Below the pieces are notes generated by a model that saw only the letters and a program-made list of their open reading frames with translations, did not search any database and was not told where the DNA came from. Of a DNA stretch of 64,000 nucleotides, positions 46,796-57,909 are shown in pieces. The position numbers were made by a program, and so were the translations under genes. Positions within the stretch are counted from its first letter, which is position 1. Every line of letters starts with the position of its first letter. Source of the DNA: Paramoeba atlantica (Eukaryota > Protista > Discosea); contig CDRNVI010000002.1 in NCBI GenBank assembly GCA_977017575.1, forward strand, positions 992,001 to 1,056,000, written 5' to 3'.

Positions 46796-48301
46796 CAGGG
46801 GTCCCTAAAAATTTATAGATATAGTTTATAGTATTGAGGGAGATACTCCCTCGCTACCGTAGGTAAAATTCGTCGTGCCCGATTTGTGGCCCGATTTCGT
46901 GCCCGATATCGTTTCAGGTGAGTTTTCGAAAAAATTATTTACAAAGACGTATGAATCGAATTTAATGACAAGATTACTAGTTTTTCAACAACTCCGATGG
47001 GTACCCCCTGCCCCCCCCCACGTCCCCACCAGGATGATCATAGCAATTTTTGAAAGTTTTGGTAATACACCTACAAAGTCCAAACTTTACCTGGAAGTGT
47101 GTGACACGCAAGGCCGTAGAGGAAGGAGGAGGCGCAAGGCAAAAAGGCAGAAGGCGGAGCCTTCTGTCTTTTTGCCGCGGCGACGACGACTTCCTCGCGT
47201 GGGAAGAAGTAAAGCGCCATAGGGAGCATGTTCGGATGGCTATGTAATCCAGGCTAAAGTGGACGAGGGAGATACTAAAGGCACCTTTGGAAAACCACCT
47301 CGAAACTGGAACGGTATCTCCCGGTTTGTAGAGCATTCTGATGTGGCAAAAGGGTCTTTAACGGGTGATACCGTTCCAGTTTCGAGGTGGTTTTCCAAAG
47401 GTGCCTTTAGTATCTCCCTCGTCCACTTTAGCCTGGATTTCAAAAAAAAATATAGTACTATAAATGCCATTTATAGCACTATAAATACTTTAAAGTGTTT
47501 GAGAAACTTTATTTTTAAGGGAGGCTAAAAGGGGTTCAAGAAGCCCAAAATTGTATTGGATGTTGTAAGAGGTGCTCATCTCGGGGGCCTGGCGTTCGGC
47601 TCGCAGTTCCGGGGTTGAAAACCCTTTTCTGAGATGGCAGCCTCAGGGAGACTCCATGTTGAGGGTGTCAAAAGTTTGCCGAGAACTAGTTGGTCGGCGT
47701 CTGTACCATCAGTGAGATGGCAGTGTCAGGGAAGACCACGAGAAGGTCCCGACCTTGCTCCCCATGTTCAGGGTGTCAAAAGCTTAGTAAGTTGTGGATC
47801 GTACTTTCCCCAGGGACACAGCGCAGTCCCTTCGTAAGAAGCCACTTAAGGTTTGGGTCCTGCAAAGCAGCATTGTTAACCCCATGATTGATTTTCCATA
47901 GGAGGTGTCGCTCAAATTCCTGTAAGTGTGGTTTCACGGTGAAGGCATCCAAAGATCCTCGTTCCACACGTTTTTGACGCTGAGTGCTTCGCATCCACTC
48001 CTCAAAATTTAGGTCATGACTTTTAGTTCAAGTGCGTGAGGGCCGAGGAGTAGGAGACTCGAATCCCCTTTTATCAAAAAAAGGGTTTCTTCACGCCTGC
48101 TTCGCAGACTTGGCATTCGAAATTATGCGTCACCAATTTTAACAAAGTGTGAAACAACAAACTCCGCCTGGCTTTCGTCGTTCCGTCGCATATTTGGCAT
48201 TTCTGAGAAACAAAAAAAATAAAGTTTTATATATAGTATTTAAAAGTTTATAGTACTATAAAAGTACTATAATAAAGGTTTTAAAGTTTTAGGGACCCCT
48301 G
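46796..48301 (-). mobile_element. Non-autonomous hAT-like element
   Basis: Perfect 15-bp TIR CAGGGGTCCCTAAAA; 8-bp TSD AAATTAAC (46788-46795, 48302-48309). Minus-strand remnants SHFVKIGD..FECQVC (BED-like) and LLWKINHG..LQDPNLKWLL..VPGESTIHNLL (hAT DNA-binding-like). Confidence 0.8.
47246..47439. repeat. Perfect 73-bp inverted repeat with 48-nt spacer
   Basis: 47246-47318 is the exact reverse complement of 47367-47439. Confidence 0.95.
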
Positions 48302-48614
48302 AAATTAACACTATATTATTCAAATAACGCTATATTATTCGAATAACGCTATATTATTCAAACAACGCTATATTATTCAAATAGAGCCGCATAACACTGT
48401 ATTATTCAAATAACATTATATTATTCAAATTCCGATTTGAATAATATACCGTTCCCCGGGTTATATTGCGGTGTTTTTCATGCGTTTTTGCTATTTCGTA
48501 TCTTTTTATCAGTAACATAGTCACAGCATCTATCTATAGTACCGGTACGTACAGATCTACGTGGTATTTTTAAGTAAAACTTAAACAAGATGAAAACATA
48601 AACGAGAATCCACC

Positions 48615-49520
48615 ATGAAAGAACAGACTTTGAAAAGGAAGCGTTTTGGGTCCGTTCAAAACCGGACGACATCGTTCAAGTTACAGGGCGCAGAAAAGGT
48701 TAAATGCTCAACACTTCATCATACAGAAAAGCAGAGCAATCCAACTATTACATGCGGTACCATTGCAACCTGTGCTGAGCAAGAAGTTCGGCGGAAATAT
48801 CAACAAATGTTAAATATTTTGCGGCAACAGCATGGGACAGAAAACTCATTCAATTTGCTAACAAATCCCTTGAATCAGGAGTCCAGGGAAAGTCCCTTGC
48901 TACTTATTACTGGACTTCCTTGGTACGTCTCTGAAAGGAAGGTCGTGTACGAATTAAGTATTCATTGCAAACCGCTCAAGTTATATTTTTATTGTGAAAG
49001 CAGCAGTGGCGTTTCTCTTGGATGCGTTTTAGTTGCATGTGCAGAGCCAGAAGTTCTACACAATGTGTACTCAATTATGAAGTGTAATTTCGAAGCTCCT
49101 ACTTTCACTCATATTTTATATCTCCCATCAGATAACTATAATTCCAGCAAGAAGAATGTTGCAAACAAGTTGAATGATAATCATGAATCCAATACACACA
49201 TATCTACGAGTGAGGTGTGCACCTCGTTGGGCCCAACCTTGCTTCCACCATCAGAACTGCTGGAGAACACTGTTCCTCTCACAAAAGTAGGTGAAGCCGA
49301 GCGGAATGACTACGAAGGTAATGATTCACAAAGATCAAGCTCAGTTTTATTCCCGCCAAGTCAATTGACTCGTATAGAGTGTGGCGGAATGGGAATGAAA
49401 GGGTGGGAATTTCGAACGCCATGCCCTTCTGTTCCGAACACAGCACATTCTACAGGGTATTGTTCTCTTCAAACATTGCAAAGAAGAATTTTAGTGTGGA
49501 ATGAAAGGACACCGCAATGA
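48615..49520 (+). CDS. Protein with a degenerate RRM (CFIm68/CPSF6-like)
   Basis: LLITGLPWYVSE..KLYFYCESSSGVSLGCVLV parallels LY.GNL.WW.TD..IKFFE.R.NG.SKG..LV. Confidence 0.55.
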   Translation: MKEQTLKRKRFGSVQNRTTSFKLQGAEKVKCSTLHHTEKQSNPTITCGTIATCAEQEVRRKYQQMLNILRQQHGTENSFNLLTNPLNQESRESPLLLITGLPWYVSERKVVYELSIHCKPLKLYFYCESSSGVSLGCVLVACAEPEVLHNVYSIMKCNFEAPTFTHILYLPSDNYNSSKKNVANKLNDNHESNTHISTSEVCTSLGPTLLPPSELLENTVPLTKVGEAERNDYEGNDSQRSSSVLFPPSQLTRIECGGMGMKGWEFRTPCPSVPNTAHSTGYCSLQTLQRRILVWNERTPQ

Positions 49521-49778
49521 AATTCTGTTCTTTTTAAACTTTGGATATAAGATTTTTCGTAGTTTAGAGTCCTAGTCTATTCCCTGGAGATCGGCAAATT
49601 TTCGAAATCCCTGTACAAGTGTGGGAGGTGGGGATATTCGTATAATTTCGTAAGTACACGTCTTAACATGAGTATATTATAATATTATTTATATTGTAAA
49701 AACTGTAGTGTTGTACACTAAAGAAAGGAACACTTTCTTATTTAAATGGCACCTACATGACACACGGACGTCTGTTCA

Positions 49779-52211
49779 ATGAGTTTTAGATTTAGTGCGT
49801 TTCGCGGTCTTCGCACGGATACAGCAACGAAGCCTCCACTCAACATTGATAGCATTCTTCGGCGTTGTTCCGAAATACAAACCTCGGCTCAAGCAGTTTC
49901 GATGCTCCAACTCTATATGAGCGGCAACGGGTCAAATGGGGACGTGTTAAAGAAAAAGAAGACGATCTTTACGATTGTACAACGTCTCCCTGTCTCTGCA
50001 CGCGGAGATTTGTTGGCTTCATATCTTACTCAACTTGGTTTGGTCCAACACGAAGATGTCTTTTGCTCCCTTGAATGTCACGTGGGCCCCCAGGCTTTGA
50101 TAGCTCAGATACGCATTTGTCATGATGTCGAAGATCTCAAAGTATTATGGAATCGTCTGTGTGCGTTTCTTCGAAAACAAGCATCACCAAAAGTATTGGA
50201 CCATTTACACCACAATGTACGTAATAAAGGCACATTCTATTTCTTCTCCGATGGGAAAAAATCGCTTTCACACAGCTCAACGAACATCGAAAGCTCCGGG
50301 TTTTCTTCCGTCAAAACGGAATCTGTTGTCGAAGCCTTCAGTCATATTTTTGGTATAGTTCTACGTCAACATCAACATGATCTTTCTTTGGAGTTGATTG
50401 ACGATTTTTATAATCTATTTTGTACTAAGCTTTCTGAAACCTCTCAGCAAAATCTTGTTACGTCCTTCACAGAGCACGTAGTTTACGACATGATGACTGA
50501 AGGAATTTCACCCCAAAAGGTGGAATATGTTGCACGCCGCATTCTGCCATCCTCCAAGAACAGTTCTGACATCCCAGGGAAACAGCCGAAATATTTACAG
50601 GACGACAATGTGAAAACGACGAATTCATATGAGCGTATATCAGGCATCGAAAATAGTGAGAATATGCTTCGACCTAGAACTCTTTCAATGCTCTTTCTTT
50701 TGCAAGGGTACACTAATCAAATAGACCGACTTGAAGAGCTTTGGGATCTGTGCCGTCTCCGAGGTCTTTTGCTACCGACAAAACCGGTTTGCCTTTCCAT
50801 TGTAAATGGTTGTCGTTTTCTTCTTGGGGGCTATTCACTGAATGCGGAGATAAGAGATCAGTCGCGTATCCCCCGTGTGATGGATATACTCCACGATTTG
50901 TACCAAATATTACGTTCTTCTGAGCAGAACCGTTTGGAGTCAAAGGATTTCGATGAATTATTGTGCTCTCTTATAGACGCCTTAAGCGATATTCAAGAGT
51001 TTTCTGTTAAATTAAAAAGAGTTACATATAGAGATTCAAAAAAGGTTGCACCTTTAGTCAATTTAGAGCAGAACTATAGCACCGCAATAAACTTTCTGTC
51101 CGAAATATTTCTTGACAACGAGTTTGTACGCCGTCTTTCTCGCGAATATTATCTACGATTGCTACGAACTCTGGGGATTTCTGATTACGACAAATGGGCT
51201 TTACGCATTCTCGAAGAGATACGTCGACAAGGATACGTATTTAGCACAGTAAAGGAACGTGGGTGGCTCTTGCAGGCATTGCAATGGCGTTCCATTCCTT
51301 CCAAAAAGCTGAACCCTTCCGCGGTGCAGGCGAAGTCGATTGCTCTGCCTTCAAAAGTGCCTGCAAACTCTACGTACACTTCTATAAGACTTCCTGTGAT
51401 GCCTTCATTTACGTGTATTGACGGAATTCTGTTTGATCAGGAGGCCCCATGCCGAAATGCCAGACGTCCGTACACTTCGGAGGACCCTTTCCGCTCTACC
51501 TCCGGGGTAGACAAAGATGACTTGAGACTTACAGCGTTACTAGCGCAATATTACTTGCGTGCCGCAATACGATGCGGCCTGTGGTACGGAATACGCGCGC
51601 AAAAGCAAATTGGCAACGCTACATGTACATCTTTAGAGGGCCACATTCGTACTCTTTTGCTAGAAATGCGAAACACACATCCCTACCTCACCACCCGCAT
51701 GGTTCGGCAATTGCGAATGAATTGCGATAAATTACAGTCCAGTACGGATCCCACTGAGAAGGGCTGGACTCCTTTCTCAGTGTTTGCGAAGTGGAAGCAT
51801 GAACTCGAAAAGCAATTAATAGCAGACTCTTCTATCCAAAAAACTACGGAAACACCGGAACTGGTCGACAGTTGCACTACACTGACGCTCAGTGATAAGA
51901 TCTTGAGTCATAAGCAGAATAGTGGAAATATGTCGCCGACAAACGCGTTGTTGATGTCATTCGGAGATGAAATTGTCTTGTGCTCTCTTTGGGCTTCTAG
52001 GCAGCTTGACGCTTCTCGTAGCATGGCACAACACTTTGCCAAGAAGACTGTTTCTCCTTCAAAGATGCCAAATAAGATAATTTTAGAATCAGAACCGAAC
52101 AAATTCGACCAGCTTTTGCTCCATTGTTTAAGAAAGCAAACGGAAGATTTGCTATTTATTTGGAGTTCCAAAGTTCTTAACGGTTTCTTACGAGACGAAA
52201 ATTTTAAATAA
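49779..52211 (+). CDS. Large hypothetical protein, probably mitochondrial
   Basis: 810-aa ATG ORF; presequence-like MSFRFSAFRGLRT; helical composition. Confidence 0.7.
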   Translation: MSFRFSAFRGLRTDTATKPPLNIDSILRRCSEIQTSAQAVSMLQLYMSGNGSNGDVLKKKKTIFTIVQRLPVSARGDLLASYLTQLGLVQHEDVFCSLECHVGPQALIAQIRICHDVEDLKVLWNRLCAFLRKQASPKVLDHLHHNVRNKGTFYFFSDGKKSLSHSSTNIESSGFSSVKTESVVEAFSHIFGIVLRQHQHDLSLELIDDFYNLFCTKLSETSQQNLVTSFTEHVVYDMMTEGISPQKVEYVARRILPSSKNSSDIPGKQPKYLQDDNVKTTNSYERISGIENSENMLRPRTLSMLFLLQGYTNQIDRLEELWDLCRLRGLLLPTKPVCLSIVNGCRFLLGGYSLNAEIRDQSRIPRVMDILHDLYQILRSSEQNRLESKDFDELLCSLIDALSDIQEFSVKLKRVTYRDSKKVAPLVNLEQNYSTAINFLSEIFLDNEFVRRLSREYYLRLLRTLGISDYDKWALRILEEIRRQGYVFSTVKERGWLLQALQWRSIPSKKLNPSAVQAKSIALPSKVPANSTYTSIRLPVMPSFTCIDGILFDQEAPCRNARRPYTSEDPFRSTSGVDKDDLRLTALLAQYYLRAAIRCGLWYGIRAQKQIGNATCTSLEGHIRTLLLEMRNTHPYLTTRMVRQLRMNCDKLQSSTDPTEKGWTPFSVFAKWKHELEKQLIADSSIQKTTETPELVDSCTTLTLSDKILSHKQNSGNMSPTNALLMSFGDEIVLCSLWASRQLDASRSMAQHFAKKTVSPSKMPNKIILESEPNKFDQLLLHCLRKQTEDLLFIWSSKVLNGFLRDENFK

Positions 52212-52729
52212 TTATTTTATTAGCAATTATTTTAAGCGTTCTGCTGCCTTGTTTCTACAAATATTTTCGAAACATTAATTCGCACCTCTAGGGCCAAAGG
52301 ACACTTTGGGAGTGAAACCTAAAGTTTTATTCCACACACTATCTTAGCTTTGCTAGGGACTCTTGCCGCGTAATTTTTTGTCCTCCCTCTAAGCGTTGCT
52401 TTCTACCAAAGCCGGGCAACGCTAGGATACGGGGGGTAAATCTAAGATTGGTAGGGAAGGTGTCCAGAAAACATGTGGAGGACAGTAACAGATGCCTATG
52501 TCACTTTCTCACAGCTATGGCGCCATTCGATTCGACGGCTATTGTGCCGTTCAAAGACGCAATGCGCAGATACTGCATGCTGCAAAATGAAACTGGTCAG
52601 TCTACGACGTTCAAACGGGTGTAATCAATTTTGGAATGTAATAATCTTAATAGCGATACAGTGTTCCCTAGTTTTGATTTCATCATGCAATTGTTGTAAA
52701 ACAATTAAGGAACAATTAAGGGGGTTTAC

Positions 52730-53422
52730 ATGACGTCATCTGCATTGACGTTCTTCCATCAAAACAGAAAAGCAAAACTATTTTTTACGTTACCTTTCTT
52801 CTTAATCCGAATGCACATTTTTTGTCCCACTTGCCGAGTGTACAATGCTCATGGCGCTGACGAGAGCTCTACTTCACCTTTGATCCGACCGGGACGTATT
52901 CGTGGAGCCGCCCTACCGGCGCAATATGCCTTGCACCTGTTTATCCGGAACATCTCCAACCCCCATCCCACGTGGAGGGCCGATGCTCCGACTTCATCGT
53001 GGCACGGAGTTGAAGTCGACTTTAACACAGAATCTGTACGTAGCCTCACTTGGATCAATTTAGGCTTACAGGGAATGCTTCCCTGGTGTGACTGCCCACC
53101 CGCACTGGAAAAGCTGAATTTTTGTCGCAATGAGCTCAGCGGCTCCGTTGATTTTGCTGAACTTCCCGCCAAACTGCGCTTGTTTGCGATTTCCATTAAT
53201 ATGTTTAGCGGGGAGCTCTGTTTTGAGGGAATACCGCCCTCAATAAAGGTATTACAACTGAGTTCAAACCGGTTTTATGGAAAGGTTGATCTTAGTCCTC
53301 TGCTTGGGAGACCGATTCGCCTTGATCTCAGTCAAAATTTTCTTACGGATATTTTTCCTAAAGTATCCTTCTCCGGTATAACAATTGGAGTACAATGTAA
53401 TGAACAGATACATAATTTCTGA
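52730..53422 (+). CDS. LRR family protein
   Basis: LPAQYAL.LF..I..TW..SSWHGV cap, 4 LRRs; alternative ATG near 52811. Confidence 0.83.
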   Translation: MTSSALTFFHQNRKAKLFFTLPFFLIRMHIFCPTCRVYNAHGADESSTSPLIRPGRIRGAALPAQYALHLFIRNISNPHPTWRADAPTSSWHGVEVDFNTESVRSLTWINLGLQGMLPWCDCPPALEKLNFCRNELSGSVDFAELPAKLRLFAISINMFSGELCFEGIPPSIKVLQLSSNRFYGKVDLSPLLGRPIRLDLSQNFLTDIFPKVSFSGITIGVQCNEQIHNF

Positions 53423-53999
53423 TTTCCGGTATCTACTTCTTTTGTATGATATACATACTATACTGCTTCTGTATGACTTTGGGAATTACCAGAAGAAAAG
53501 GATCACTGAAATTGAGTGACTGAACCCTATATATGTATGCACTGAAAATGGCCGTCTATCCTCCTGAATGCAGTCACACTATTTAGCAGTATGGTTTCCA
53601 TAATTTTAATCAAGAGGGGAGGCAACTGGCTATTCTGCCGTATTCTGCCATATTCTGCCGATCGCTGTCCTATTCGGCCTCAGAGGTCAAAACATCTTAT
53701 CGAATCCAAAAAAAAATTGCGGTTCACTTTCGAATTCTGCCATATTCTGCCAATCACCACAGACGCGTTGCCCCCCCTCTAAGTTCCGCACTGTACGTGT
53801 ATCTAATTTACAGTGGTCGTCACTATTCTCAGAATCCGTAATTGAACATTGAAAGGATTTTTTGATTCTCATTCTCATTTTCGCGACTATTCTCATTTTC
53901 GTGTTGATTTTGCCGTTGAACGTTGACAAGAAATAGAAAAGAAGTAGAAAAAAATCTTTGGGTCACCTGCACTCAAACTGTACCCAAAAATACGTTTTT

Positions 54000-54873
54000 T
54001 CAAAACAAATGTTCCCTTCGACCAAATTTCCTTTTAAAGTCGTCCTGAGCACTGTCCACTGTGCGTGCGCTGGCCAAATGAAGTAGAATACAAGCTTGTA
54101 ATGTCGCACGATCCTGAGTCTTTACCAATTTCCAGTGGGTAAGATCCATCATTCTTCCTTCTTGCTCCGTAACTGTTACGAACCAGTAGCCTGTTACGCG
54201 CTGACGCCTCCCACGGTTGTACTTACATTTTCCAATAAACGTTTCGTCAACCTGCATCCGGGCAAATTTTTAGTTTGAAGTCTGCTCCTGATGCAGGGCT
54301 GCGTTGCCAAGCGCTAGAATAATTTTCTGCACCACCTTCCGTTGCACTCCACGGTTCTGGTAAATCTGCCCAGTACACAAATGGTTTGCGGCGTCTGCCC
54401 AAAGAAGTTCGTGTCAAGAGGATCAGAGAGAATTTGCTAATTCGGGCCCGACACAGGTTTCTCTCATTCGGAAGACGGTGTTGGCAAACCATCATGTCGG
54501 GCTTTCCTGGCACATATTGGAGATAGTCCGCCCCATGGAAGTAGCACGCGGCATTTTCAAACAGGTCATGTGATCTCATCCAGGTTACGGCATCCTCGCC
54601 TTGCGGAACACAGCCAATGCTTCGCCACCCCCGAACACAAACAAATCTGGTACACCCCGAGCAAAGTCGTCTCGCTCGCAAATTTCGCCATACTCTATTT
54701 TGAACAACGGGTTGAGTACGAGGTTTCGGATTATTTCCATACAATGATGTCTCACGTGGAACATGCTCTATGACACGATCAAACGCCTCAAGGAACATCA
54801 TTATGAGTCGATCGGCCTCATTAATTTCAGGAGAGTGTCGGTCGTGTTCATTTTGGTCTTCTGCCGGGTACAA
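54000..54873 (-). mobile_element. Merlin/IS1595 (ISXO2-like) transposase remnant, frameshifted and C-terminally truncated
   Basis: QVDETFIGKCKYNRGR..W..DRATLQACI matches the ISXO2 (V/I)DE..GKRKYNRGR motif; the upstream ORF 54873..54247 joins it by a frameshift near 54255. Confidence 0.78.
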
Positions 54874-55099
54874 TAGGAGTCCCTAGGTATAATAAACCGG
54901 ACTGTGGTTTACAAATTTTTGCCCAGATTGCACAACAGGGTCCCTTTTGATCTATTCTCATTCTCATTTTCAAGGCCCTTTTTGAGTAGAACGTTGACAC
55001 GATAATTTGTCACTCTTGAGAGGGTCATTCTCATTTTCGTGACTGTCATATTGGTGACGATCACTGTAGCTGTTTTTAAAATATACAGGGGTGGGCATT

Positions 55100-55808
55100 C
55101 ATGCGTGATACTTCGCCGGTAACAACCGTAAAAGTAGTGGGAACGGTGTGGTGTGTGTACGCCACGAAAGTAGTACCCTTAGCGTACACCCCCGCCAAAA
55201 AGTATTGTAATTTATTAGTATCGACCAAAAATTCGTGGTCGATACTAATAAATACAATACTTTTTGTCGATTTCCACGGGTTGCCACTTGCCTCGAAAAA
55301 GTTGCACTTTATCATATCGGATCTGTAAAGTATACTGAAGCACAAAAACAGGTCGTACCATAAGAACCCAAGTAACTATCACAAGAACTAAATAACTGGT
55401 GGTGCGAGGGAAAAGTGTAGCACTGTCAGTTCTTGGAAACATCAAACCATGGAATTAGCAATTTAATTGTTTTGATTACTCAACGCTAAAATAGTGTGAG
55501 AGAGGAACCATTCCGAGCCTGCTCAAATCTTGCCTTAGCTGTCCGCGACATTCCAAGTGTTTCTTTACGACGAGTTTCTTATCTTTCAATGGCTTCCCTG
55601 CGTGCCCCAATTTCCTGCGTTCCTGGTCAAAACTCAAAAAAATGATCGATACTAATAAATACATTACTTTTTGTGTCGGTCATTTTTGTGGAGAATACTT
55701 TTTGGCGGGGGTGTACTCCCGGTAGCACGTATGCACATTTCAAATCCCCTTGAGCCCGCTTGGGCCTTGACGAGGTGAAGAGAAACCATGCATTACACAT
55801 CACTTTCC
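55100..55808. repeat. Copy of the ~230/257-bp repeat split by a MITE
   Basis: 55100-55186 plus 55714-55808 rebuild the unit across a TA. Confidence 0.85.
55187..55713. mobile_element. 527-bp Tc1/mariner-type MITE
   Basis: Perfect 20-bp TIR CACCCCCGCCAAAAAGTATT; TA TSD (55185-55186, 55714-55715); internal 30-bp-arm hairpin at 55196-55266. Confidence 0.88.
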
Positions 55809-56087
55809 CTATTATTATCAATACTTTCTGGACTTTCTGTATGTCCTTTCTTTTCTTGTGATGAGTCTTACGCTTCTCAGGCAACCCTCTTCTGAGTAAC
55901 CTGAAGAAAATGAGCACCGAACCCATATATGCACCTGAAAGTCATTATCTTTGCTCTAAAATGCAGTCATACAAATTGGGTCTATGCTGCATTTTTCAAT
56001 TCTATATTATTTATTTTTTCTTCTACTCAAAATACTTGCTTGTTTTTCACCACAACCTGTGCAGTACCTTTCAAAATTATTTATCTT

Positions 56088-56576
56088 ATCGGTTCTTACG
56101 ACCTTTGCGAAGTCACGCCTCTTCAGAGATGAAATATTCCTGAACTTCCATGCGTGATACTTCGCCGGTAACAACCGTAAAAGTAGTGGAAACGGTGTGG
56201 TATGCGTACGCCACGAAAGAAGTACGCTTAGCGTACTCCCGGTACCACGTATGCACATTCCAAATCCCCTTGAGCCTCTTGGGCCCTGACGAGGTGAAGA
56301 GAAACCATGCATTACATATCTTCTATACAAATATTATTTGTCTCATCGGTTCTTACGACCTTTACGAAGTCACGCCGCTTCAGAGATGAAATATTCCTGA
56401 ACTTCCATGCGTGATACTTCGCCGGTAACAACCGTAAAAGTAGTGGAAACGGTGTGGTGTGTGTACGTCACGAAAGTAGTACGCTTAGTCTACTCCCGGT
56501 ACCGCGTATGCACATTCCAAATCCCCTTGAGCCTCTTGGGCCTTGACGAGGTGAAGAGAAACCATGCATTACACAT
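56088..56576. repeat. Two tandem copies (257-bp period) of the unclassified repeat
   Basis: Unit starts ATCGGTTCTTACG at 56088 and 56345. Confidence 0.92.
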
Positions 56577-56650
56577 CACTTTCCATATTCGTTTCCGTCT
56601 AGTGTAATAATCTTTTAGAATATACCACATTCCGCTTTAACATTTCTGTA

Positions 56651-56815
56651 AAAGGGGGGTTCGTCTACGTATTATTAACAACCATCTATTATTAACAATG
56701 GTACTATTTCATCTATTAACATTCATCTATTATTACCAAACATTATTATTATTAATAATAATATTATTAACAAAAACGTTTGTTAATAACGTATATAATG
56801 ACGAACCCCCCCTTT
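56651..56815. mobile_element. Small MITE-like element with AT-rich core
   Basis: Ends AAAGGGGGGTTCGTC and GACGAACCCCCCCTTT; interior of TATTAAC/ATT repeats; TSD unclear. Confidence 0.5.
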
Positions 56816-56980
56816 AGCTAGGTAACATTGCCGGGGGCAATGTTATGATGTTCCATGCGTTTTTTAACGTCTCCCCCCCTAAAAATTTTGTAGACTCCGG
56901 AAAAATGAATCAATTTTTCTTTTTCAAAATTTTGACGTAACTTTAATTACGTCTTCTTCCATTATTACGGTTTCCGCCAT

Positions 56981-57550
56981 TATTCTATTAGAATCATCAA
57001 GAAGAGGTAAGGCGCCAGTACATCTTGTAAAGTTCCATTTTCTGTCGAAAACCGTTCCGCTTCTCCATAGGGTGTCCTAACGTATGATGTTAAACCCTCG
57101 TATGCTCAAGGTTACTTTAGTAAGACTTTCTGGTATATGAAAAGCTCTTACAGCATCTTTTATTGCCGAGAAGGTGACAGAGGGAAACGCTTGTTTAAAG
57201 TCGACGAACTTAATGGCGACGCCTTTGCCTCTTGTGGCTTTGGTGGCTATTTCCATGAAGGTTGCTTGGGCGCCTGCAGTGGATCTATCTTAGTGTATGC
57301 ACTCTAAAACCATCCTCTTCATTATTTTCACAACCTGGTTGACAATGCATACTGGTCTCCAGTTTGAGAGCTCGTTCAGATTGCCCTTCTTCGGGGGTGG
57401 GACTTGTAGAATAGTTTTCCATTTCTCCACAGCAACTCCGGTGCTCATTACGTCGTTCATAATATTTAGCAACGTACCCAGTAAAGATTCACTTTGAGCC
57501 AGAGCTCGAAGAGCCTCTATAGGGATATCATCAGACCCAGACGCCTTTCC
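56981..57550 (-). pseudogene. Non-LTR retrotransposon reverse transcriptase remnant (RTE-like)
   Basis: KASGSDDIPIE, PKKGNL..LSNWRPVC, RSTAGAQ, FVDFKQAFPSV, VRTPYGE..F..GTLQ.DVLAPYLF; stops and a frameshift; YADD not reached. Confidence 0.85.
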
Positions 57551-57909
57551 AGACCCCCTCTACCGATGAGCCACCACGCGAGATTCTTAACACTGCTCCC
57601 CTACATGGTCCTCCAGATTTTCGATACGCATGTACGCTGACGGAGTAATTTAATAAAGTTCAAGAACGCCAAGAAAGTGAAAAAAAAGAATTCGATGCAA
57701 TGGGCGAAGAGTAATATACTTAACATTCTTGTAGCTACTTAACATTCCCCACGGAATGTTAAGCCGGAGTGGTTTAATATTTTGTTCCTTTCTTTCTGAT
57801 GAGTCTTACGCTTCTCAGGCAACCCTCTTCTGAATAACCTGAAGAAAATGAGCACCGAACCCATATATGCACCTGAAAAATATATATTTCATACCAGCTT
57901 AACATTTCT

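Larger units (their letters stand above)
46688..48461. mobile_element. TA-flanked MITE built from a 19-20-bp minisatellite, hosting a hAT insertion
   Basis: 25-bp TIR ACCCGG(T/G)GAACGGTATATTATTCAA; TA at 46686-46687 and 48462-48463; about 11 units of TATATTATTCAAAT(T)AAC(A/G)C. Confidence 0.8.

Noticed and set aside
46875-47528. ORFs 46875..47222, 46977..47336 and 47259..47528
   Set aside because: They run through the perfect inverted repeat and share mirrored peptides; no domain support.
46701-48430. 20-bp repeats as a CRISPR array
   Set aside because: Units are head-to-tail with no spacers, lie within TIRs, and no cas genes are present in this eukaryotic context.
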